This document shows, in pieces, positions 57,471 through 64,000 of a DNA stretch of 64,000 bases (within the stretch, counting starts at the first letter, position 1; each line of letters starts with the position of its first letter). Origin of the DNA: Vicinamibacteria bacterium (GTDB lineage Bacteria > Acidobacteriota > Vicinamibacteria > Marinacidobacterales > Marinacidobacteraceae). Both the position numbers and the translations under genes were made by a program. The stretch spans positions 32,001 to 96,000 of the forward strand of contig CAXXLQ010000004.1 in NCBI GenBank assembly GCA_963668695.2, read 5' to 3'. The notes under the pieces are model-generated. The model searched no databases. It saw only the letters and a program-made list of their open reading frames with translations, and was not told where the DNA came from.

Positions 57471-57797
57471 GTGACCGACGCCGTGATCGCCGAGATGGTC
57501 GAGACGCTCGTAATGGAGGCCGATCCCGAACAGGTCATCCTCTTCGGGTCTCGCGGCCGCGGCGACGCGCGGGCCGACTCGGACGTGGACCTGATCGTGG
57601 TGGAGGCGGAACCCTTCGGTCCCGGCCGGGACCGCGTGAAGGAGATGGCGCGGCTCTACAAGGCGCTCGCTGGATTTCTGGTTCCGGCCGACATCCTCGT
57701 GTACTCGCGAGAGGATGTGGAGTACTGGCGGGATTCGCTGAACCATGTCCTGGCGCGAGCGCTCCGCGAAGGCAGGGTCGTCTATGAGCGACCCTAG
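57471..57797 (+). CDS. minimal nucleotidyltransferase (MNT) antitoxin
   Basis: ILFGSRGRGDARADSDVDL; start may be 57420 or 57471. Confidence 0.88.
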   Translation: MTDAVIAEMVETLVMEADPEQVILFGSRGRGDARADSDVDLIVVEAEPFGPGRDRVKEMARLYKALAGFLVPADILVYSREDVEYWRDSLNHVLARALREGRVVYERP

Positions 57798-58206
57798 GTG
57801 CGCCGACGCGATGCTTCGAGCGGCGGAGCGCGATCTGCTGACCCTCCGGAGCATGAATCACGAAGCGCCGGAAGAGTCCTTCGGGTTCCACCTCCAGCAG
57901 GCCGCCGAGAAGGCTTTGAAAGCATGGATCGCGGCACTGGGGGACCAGTATCCGCTGACGCACAGCATTGAGACACTGGCGAGGCGCCTCGAAGCCCTGT
58001 CCGTGGTGACGGAGCCCTTCGCACCGCTCGCCGAATTCACGCCCTACGCCGTGACCTTTCGGTATGAGGGGGTCGGTCCGGAAGCCGAACCGATCGACCG
58101 CGAGGCGATGATCGCACTGGTGGATACGCTGCTTGAGCGAGTGCGCGCCGAGGTCCGCAGTGGGCCTGAGGCACCGAGGTCACCTACCGACCGTCCGCCT
58201 GAGTAA
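57784..58206 (+). CDS. HEPN-domain protein (toxin partner of MNT)
   Basis: AERDL, FHLQQAAEKALKA, THSIETL, YAVTFRY; overlaps the MNT gene. Confidence 0.85.
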   Translation: MSDPRCADAMLRAAERDLLTLRSMNHEAPEESFGFHLQQAAEKALKAWIAALGDQYPLTHSIETLARRLEALSVVTEPFAPLAEFTPYAVTFRYEGVGPEAEPIDREAMIALVDTLLERVRAEVRSGPEAPRSPTDRPPE

Positions 58207-58269
58207 CCCGCGGCACGTTACTCCCGCGACCTGGGATCACGATCCCGACCGAGACACTGCGGCGGTCTG

Positions 58270-58634
58270 GACCATGATCGCTCACCACCAGTTGGCCGGA
58301 CACGAAGGTGGGGGCGTCTTTCGAGGGGTTCGCGATCAAGCAGGTGCTGTCCTGCCTGGGGCTCGGAAACGCGTCCTTCCGGGGCACCCCGGGCCGAGCC
58401 GAGCTCGACCTGTTGATCACCCACGGCGGGAAGCGACACGGCTTCGAGGTCAAGTACGCGGACGCACCGGGCACGACACGGTCAATGCACACCGCCATCG
58501 CGGATCTGGGACTCGAACACCGGTGGGTGATCTATCCGGGGAGCGAGCGCTACCGGTTGCGCGAGAAGATCACCGCGCTGCCGATCGGTCACGTTCCCTT
58601 CGTATTTGGCGACGGGAGTCCGGTTATCCCCTGA
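58270..58634 (+). pseudogene. C-terminal remnant of an AAA-ATPase/DUF4143 protein
   Basis: VGASFEGFAI, AELDLL, GFEVKY. The preceding HQLAGH is in another frame (expected H-P-K-V-G); the ATPase domain is absent. Confidence 0.65.
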
Positions 58635-58659
58635 GAACTGCCGGTCGCGGCTTGGCCTT

Positions 58660-59046
58660 TAACAGCCTGTGGTGAAACCCACGTGAGCGCCGAGGCCGGC
58701 CAGTTCTCCCGGTGGGGGCGAGGCGCCCGGCTGACAAGGCGCGTGAGGGAGGAATACCGCGTGTATTCCGACCGAAACGCAACGCAGAACGCAGCGAAGC
58801 GGAGTGGTGAACAGCCGGTGGTGGAACCCACGGGAGCGCCGAGGCCGGCGAGGCGCCCGGTTGACAAGGCGCGTGAGGGAGGAATACCGCGTGTATTTCG
58901 ACCGAAACGCAACGATGAGCGGCGCGCAGCGACGCGGTTCAGCCGGGATGGATCGCCGGGCGAACGCCGCGTGGGTTTCATCACCGGTTGTTTGGCCGGG
59001 ATGGATCGCCGGTCGAACGCCGCGTGGGTTTTGCCACAGGCTGTTA
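58660..59046. mobile_element. nested/compound MITE-like element, copy J
   Basis: Left ends at 58660 and 58811; right ends at about 58971-58992 and 59025-59046; two cores. Confidence 0.75.
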
Positions 59047-60348
59047 CGGGCTCTTGACCACCTCGCCGCCCTTCATGACGAACTTCACGTCCTCGAGGAG
59101 CCGGATGTCGTCGAGCGGGTTGCCCGCCACCGCGATGATGTCGGCCAGCTTGCCGTCCTCGATGGAGCCGAGGTCCGCCTCCCAGCGGAGCAGTTCCGCG
59201 GCGTTGATGGTGGCCGTCTGGATCGCCGCCATCGGCGAGATGTCCATCGCATCCACCATGATGGCGAAGTCCCGGGCGTTCCTGCCGTGCGGGAACACCG
59301 CGGCGTCCGTCCCGTAGGCGAACTTCACGCCGGCGTGGAAAGCGGCGGCGAGCCGCTCGCGCTGCTGGGCCGCCATCTCTTTCGCCTTCTGGATGGCGTA
59401 TTCGGGGATGTCGTTGTCGGCCCCTTCGTCAATGATGTAGTCGAGCGTGTAGAGGGTGGGAACGACGAAAGTGCCGTGCTCCTTTGCGAGGCGGATCCCC
59501 TCATCGTCGATCAGGGTTCCGTGCTCGATGCTGGCCACCCCGGCGCGGATCGCATCGTTCATGGCCGCCGGCGAGTGGGCGTGCGCCGCCACCGGGGTGT
59601 CGAGCATGTCCGCGGTCTCGACGATCGCCTTCAGTTCATCGAAGGAGTACGCCTGGTCGTACACCGAGTCGCCGTGCGAAAGCACCCCGCCGGAGGCGGT
59701 CACCTTGATGACGTCGGCGCCGTACTTGACCTGGTAGCGCACGGCGCGGCGCAGTTCGTCGGCGCCATCCGCGATCATCGCGTAGCCGGGGGTCGGCACG
59801 TCGGGGTTCCAGCCGTTGATGTCGGCGTGTCCGCCCGTCGAACCCACGCCCCAGGTCGCCGCCTGGATCCGGGGTCCCGGAACGACGCCCCGCTCGATCA
59901 TGTCGCGGAGCGCCGCGTCGTGATAGTTCCCCGCGCCGATGTTGCGAACGCTGGTGAAGCCCTTTTCCAGGGTGATCTTCGCGTGCGCCACCGCGTAGAT
60001 CGCCTCGTGGGCGACCGTCTCCCGCATCTTCTGGGTGTCCCCGCCGTCGCCCGGAATGCCGCCGAGGTGGACGTGGCAGTCGAAGAGTCCGGGAAGGATG
60101 GTGTGGCCGCTCAGATCCAGCACGGTCGCACCCGGCGGGATCGGAATCGCCCCCATGGGGCCGACAGCGGTGATCCGCTCTCCCTCGATGACCACCTCGG
60201 GGTTCAGGATGGGAGGGACGTCGGTGCCGACAATGAGCCGGTCGGCCCGGATCACCACCGCAGTTTCGGACTGCCATCCGGCCGCTGGAAGCGCGGCGAG
60301 AACGGCGACGCCGAGGGCGAGAGTCAAGCGGCAGAACGAATTGCGCAT
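59044..60348 (-). CDS. exported amidohydrolase (Xaa-Pro dipeptidase-like)
   Basis: PGLFDCHVH, TGGHAD, IKVTASGGV, AAHAH, SIEHG, GTDA, GKLADIIAV. Confidence 0.9.
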   Translation of the reverse strand: MRNSFCRLTLALGVAVLAALPAAGWQSETAVVIRADRLIVGTDVPPILNPEVVIEGERITAVGPMGAIPIPPGATVLDLSGHTILPGLFDCHVHLGGIPGDGGDTQKMRETVAHEAIYAVAHAKITLEKGFTSVRNIGAGNYHDAALRDMIERGVVPGPRIQAATWGVGSTGGHADINGWNPDVPTPGYAMIADGADELRRAVRYQVKYGADVIKVTASGGVLSHGDSVYDQAYSFDELKAIVETADMLDTPVAAHAHSPAAMNDAIRAGVASIEHGTLIDDEGIRLAKEHGTFVVPTLYTLDYIIDEGADNDIPEYAIQKAKEMAAQQRERLAAAFHAGVKFAYGTDAAVFPHGRNARDFAIMVDAMDISPMAAIQTATINAAELLRWEADLGSIEDGKLADIIAVAGNPLDDIRLLEDVKFVMKGGEVVKSP

Positions 60349-60525
60349 CGGAAATCCCTCCGGGAGAAGCGGGCGATCGTACCCGGATTTCGGTGGGGCC
60401 AGGCACCTTCAGCGCTGTCCGGGGAGGCGAAATTGCGCATCTCGCCCCGCTCCGGGGGGCGGTTCCCGCCCCCACCAGGAGAACTGGCCGGCGTTCCCGC
60501 ATTCCCGGCGGATAATCGGCGGGTC

Positions 60526-62796
60526 ATGAGAACCCGGATCGCCCTCTTCGTAACCGCCGGCCTGCTCTTCGCCGCCGGAGCCCCAGCCCAGACCGAACCC
60601 GCCCAGACCGAATCGGCCCAGACCGAACCCGCCCAGACCGAACCCGCCCAGACCGAACCCATCGAGCTGAGCCAGCTCTACGGTCCGGAGGCGCTCTCGT
60701 TCTCCCCCGAGCTCCCGCGGGTCCGCTGGATGCCCGGTGGAACGCACTACCTGACCGGGGCCGGAGAGGAAGCCGAACGCTCCTGGAACGTGGTGGAGGC
60801 CGCTACCGGCGCCTCCCGGGCTCTTTACGACGCGGACGCCCTGGCCGCGGCGCTCACTGAGACGCTCTCGCTTACGGAAGAAGAGGCTGCCCGGGCGGCG
60901 CGGCCGGCGTCGCTCACCATGTCCACCGGCGGAGAAAGGCTGCTCCTGAACCTGGCTTCCGACCTTTTCTCCTGGGAGCCGGCCGAGGGCGCCCTCCGCC
61001 GGCTGACCCGGGGCCCGGAGACCGAGGAACTGGCCCGCTTCTCGCCGGACGGGAACCGCATCGCCTTCATCCGCGACAACGACCTCCACGTCGTGGATCT
61101 CGCGGGCGGCGATCTCCGGCTCACCACCGGGGGCGGACCCGACCTCCTGAACGGGAAGCTCGATTGGGTCTATCAGGAGGAGATCTACGGGCGCGGCAAC
61201 TTCTTCGCCCACTGGTGGAGCCCCGACGGCAGCCGGATCGCGTTCCTGCAGAGCGACGAGCGGGACGTCCCCCGTTTCACCGTCGTGGACCACATCCCCT
61301 ACCACCTGGGACTCGAGGTCTATCCCTATCCGAAGGCCGGAGACCCGAATCCCCGCGTCCGTCTCGGCGTCGTCCCATCGTCCGGGGGCGACGTCGTCTG
61401 GTTGAACCCCGGCGGCTACGGCAACGCGGAGACGCTGATCGTGAACGTGGCGTTTTCTCCGGACGGCGACGTCTGGTACCAGGTTCAGGACCGGACCCAG
61501 ACTTTCCTCGATCTCCACCGGGCGGACTCGCGGACCGGCGAGTCGTCGCGGGTGCTGCGGGAAGATGCCGGGCCCTGGGTCAACGGACACGGCGCCCCCC
61601 ACTTCCTCTCGGAAGCGAGTGGCGGCGGTTTCCTCTGGTTCAGCGAACGAACCGGCTTCAAGCACCTCTACCGTTACGACGCGGCCGGCGAGCTGGCCGG
61701 CGCGCTCACCGAAGGCCGTTTCGAGGTCCGGCGACTCCACGCGGTGGACGAAGAGGCCGGGGCGGCGTATGCCTCGGGTACCTACCGCTCGTCGCTGGGC
61801 GCCGACACTCTGAAAGTGGCCCTCGACGGGTCCGGCGCGACCCTGCTGGGCGAGGCGCCGGGCACGCATCAGGCCAACTTCCCGGAGGGGCCGAACGTCG
61901 AGCACTACGTGGCCGTATCCCACGATCTGGACAGCCCCCCGCGGATGAGCCTGCGCCGCGCCGCCGACGGCGCCGCCCTCCGCGATCTTGGAGGCGGCGA
62001 AGTTCCAGACCTCGCCCGCTTCGAGATCTCTCCGCCGGAGCTACTGAAGATCCCCACCGCGGACGGCACACAACTCGAAGCGATGATGGTGCGGCCGCAC
62101 GGCTTCGATGCTTCGCGCGTCTACCCGGCCTGGGTCCACGTATACGGAGGCCCCCACGCACCCCAGGTCCGCGACGCCTGGCCCGGGACGCGCGGCATGT
62201 GGTTCCAGTACCTCGCCCAGCAGGGGATCGTGGTCCTCGTGGTGGACAACCGGATCGCCTCCGGCAAGGGGGTGGAGTCCACCTGGCCGGTGTACGGCAA
62301 CTTCGGCGAGCAGGAACTCAGCGATCTGGTCGAGGCGGTGGACTGGCTCGGCTCCCGCGATTTCGTGGACGCCTCCCGGATCGGAGTGGACGGCTGGAGC
62401 TTCGGCGGCTACATGACGCTCACCGCGCTCACCAAGTCCGACCGTTTCCGCGCCGGCATCGCGGGCGGCAGCGTCGTGGACTGGCGCGACTACGACTCGG
62501 TGTACACCGAGCGTTACATGAGCACGCCGGACGAAAACCCGTCGGGCTACCAGCAGAGTTCCGTGCGCGAGGCGGCCGGGAACCTCACCGGCGACCTGCT
62601 GCTGATCCACGGGACGATGGACGACAACGTGCACCTCCAGAACACCGTGCAGTTCGTCCACGACCTGCAAGAGGCCGGGAAACCCTTCGAACTGATGGTC
62701 TATCCGCAGTCGCGCCACGGGGTTCGGGACGACAACCTGGTGCTCCACCTGCGGGAGACCATGGCGCGGTTCATCCTGAAGACGGTGTCGCCCTAG
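60526..62796 (+). CDS. S9B family dipeptidyl-peptidase IV-like protein
   Basis: Signal peptide; DWVYQEE, YPKAG, VYGGP, GWSFGG (Ser), HGTMDDNVH (Asp), YPQSRHG (His). Confidence 0.93.
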   Translation: MRTRIALFVTAGLLFAAGAPAQTEPAQTESAQTEPAQTEPAQTEPIELSQLYGPEALSFSPELPRVRWMPGGTHYLTGAGEEAERSWNVVEAATGASRALYDADALAAALTETLSLTEEEAARAARPASLTMSTGGERLLLNLASDLFSWEPAEGALRRLTRGPETEELARFSPDGNRIAFIRDNDLHVVDLAGGDLRLTTGGGPDLLNGKLDWVYQEEIYGRGNFFAHWWSPDGSRIAFLQSDERDVPRFTVVDHIPYHLGLEVYPYPKAGDPNPRVRLGVVPSSGGDVVWLNPGGYGNAETLIVNVAFSPDGDVWYQVQDRTQTFLDLHRADSRTGESSRVLREDAGPWVNGHGAPHFLSEASGGGFLWFSERTGFKHLYRYDAAGELAGALTEGRFEVRRLHAVDEEAGAAYASGTYRSSLGADTLKVALDGSGATLLGEAPGTHQANFPEGPNVEHYVAVSHDLDSPPRMSLRRAADGAALRDLGGGEVPDLARFEISPPELLKIPTADGTQLEAMMVRPHGFDASRVYPAWVHVYGGPHAPQVRDAWPGTRGMWFQYLAQQGIVVLVVDNRIASGKGVESTWPVYGNFGEQELSDLVEAVDWLGSRDFVDASRIGVDGWSFGGYMTLTALTKSDRFRAGIAGGSVVDWRDYDSVYTERYMSTPDENPSGYQQSSVREAAGNLTGDLLLIHGTMDDNVHLQNTVQFVHDLQEAGKPFELMVYPQSRHGVRDDNLVLHLRETMARFILKTVSP
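60586..60660 (+). repeat. coding tandem repeat, 5 x 15 bp (AQTEP)
   Basis: GCCCAGACCGAACCC x5, one variant unit. Confidence 0.9.
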
Positions 62797-64000
62797 TCCC
62801 CGGCCAGGGCCGCCACCTGCTCGGCGATGGCGAGCGACGCCGTGGCCGCGGGCGAAGGGGCGTTCAGCACGTGGATGCGGTTCTCGCGGCGCACGATGCG
62901 GAAGTCGTCCGCGATGCGGCCGTCCGGGAGCACGGCAATCGCCCGCACCCCGGAGGGCGAGGCGGTGAGATCTTCCGCGCGGATTTCCGGCACCAAACGC
63001 TGCAACCGCCGGGTGAAGGCCCGTTTCGAGAGGGACCGGTGGATCTCGTCCACCCCGACGCGCCACTCGCGCAGCGCCAGACGGCGGAACCCGGAATAGC
63101 CCGCCATCTGCCGGAGATCGCCGAGGTCCAGATCGCGGCGGCGGTACCCCTCGCGGGCGAGGGCGAGCACCGCATTCGGGCCCGCGTCCACCTGCTTGTC
63201 GAGGTTTCGGTGGAGGTGCACCCCGAGGAACGGGAACCGCGGATCGGGCGTCGGGTAGATCAGCCCGCGCACCAGCCCGGCCCGTTCCGGCCGGACCCGG
63301 AAGTACTCGCCCCGAAAAGGCACCACCTGCAGTTCCGGATCGTCCCCCGCCAGTCGCGCGACGCGGTCGGCGTGGAGGCCGGCACAGGTGACGAGCCGCC
63401 GGCAGGCGAAATCCCCTCTCGTGGTGAGAATCCGGGTCCCGCCGTCAGAACGGGAAAACCCGAGCACCCGCGCGCCGGTCTCCACCCGGCCCCCCGCAGT
63501 CTCGAAGAGACGGCGGAGCGTCGCCGCCACCTCACGGAAACGGACCACCCCGGAGGTCGGGGAGTGGAGCGCCGCGACCCCCTCGGCGTGGGGTTCGATC
63601 TCGCGGAGCGCCGCCCGATCCAGCAGGCGGAGGCCGGGAACGCCGTTCGCTTCACCGCGCCGATGCAACTCGTCGAGCCGGCCCCGTTCGGCCTCGTTCG
63701 CGGCGACGATCACCTTGCCCGAAAGGGCGAAGGGAACTGCGTGTTCCCGGCAGAAACGGAGCAGCAGCTCCACCCCGCGGCGGCAGTTCCGGGCCCGGAG
63801 CGAACCGGGCGCGTAGTAGATCCCGGAATGAATGACCCCGCTGTTCCTTCCGGTCTGGTGCCGGGCGATGTCCGCCTCCTTCTCGAGAACCAGAATCGAC
63901 CGCGAGGGCGCCGTTTCCTGAAGGCGGCGCGCCACCGCCAGGCCGACGATCCCTCCCCCGACCACCGCGACGTCCAGAGGTTTCGTCCCGCCCGCTCCGC
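62793..64000 (-). CDS. lhgO: L-2-hydroxyglutarate oxidase; start lies beyond the right edge
   Basis: VGGGIVG, HQTGRNSGVIHSGIYY, PFRGEY, IYPTPDPRFPFLGVH, NAPSPAATASL. Confidence 0.92.
   Translation of the reverse strand, partial: GAGGTKPLDVAVVGGGIVGLAVARRLQETAPSRSILVLEKEADIARHQTGRNSGVIHSGIYYAPGSLRARNCRRGVELLLRFCREHAVPFALSGKVIVAANEAERGRLDELHRRGEANGVPGLRLLDRAALREIEPHAEGVAALHSPTSGVVRFREVAATLRRLFETAGGRVETGARVLGFSRSDGGTRILTTRGDFACRRLVTCAGLHADRVARLAGDDPELQVVPFRGEYFRVRPERAGLVRGLIYPTPDPRFPFLGVHLHRNLDKQVDAGPNAVLALAREGYRRRDLDLGDLRQMAGYSGFRRLALREWRVGVDEIHRSLSKRAFTRRLQRLVPEIRAEDLTASPSGVRAIAVLPDGRIADDFRIVRRENRIHVLNAPSPAATASLAIAEQVAALAGD

Noticed and set aside
58804-60525. 1330-aa ORF as one giant protein
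   Set aside because: The first 574 codons are repeat sequence and the antisense of the amidohydrolase; the real peptidase starts at ATG 60526 with a signal peptide

Overview
High-GC bacterial window, most likely Acidobacteriota-like (inferred from gene families only). It holds about 48 protein genes and no recognisable rRNA, tRNA, CRISPR array or transposase. Metabolic content: a Liv-type ABC operon with an embedded acyl-CoA ligase, several exported amidohydrolases, metG, an Fe(III) ABC transporter, an HtrA protease, three sodium:solute symporters, cofE-npdG (F420), xth, a PLP decarboxylase, an S9 peptidase and lhgO. It also has three toxin-antitoxin pairs. The most notable features are: (i) a tandemly duplicated three-gene periplasmic module (di-heme DUF1592-type protein, Tat-exported DUF1552 protein, ankyrin protein ending in CxxC) whose two copies share patchy, mosaic identity; (ii) a DUF1549/1553-DUF1501-FGE-like operon followed by an ICL/PEP-mutase-family enzyme with a Tat-lipoprotein signal; (iii) a modular, TA-flanked MITE-like repeat family (7 complete copies, plus fragments) with co-varying terminal inverted repeats, a roving 19-bp sub-module and internal 90-bp tandem arrays. 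All family assignments were made by eye from motifs; no database searches were run.
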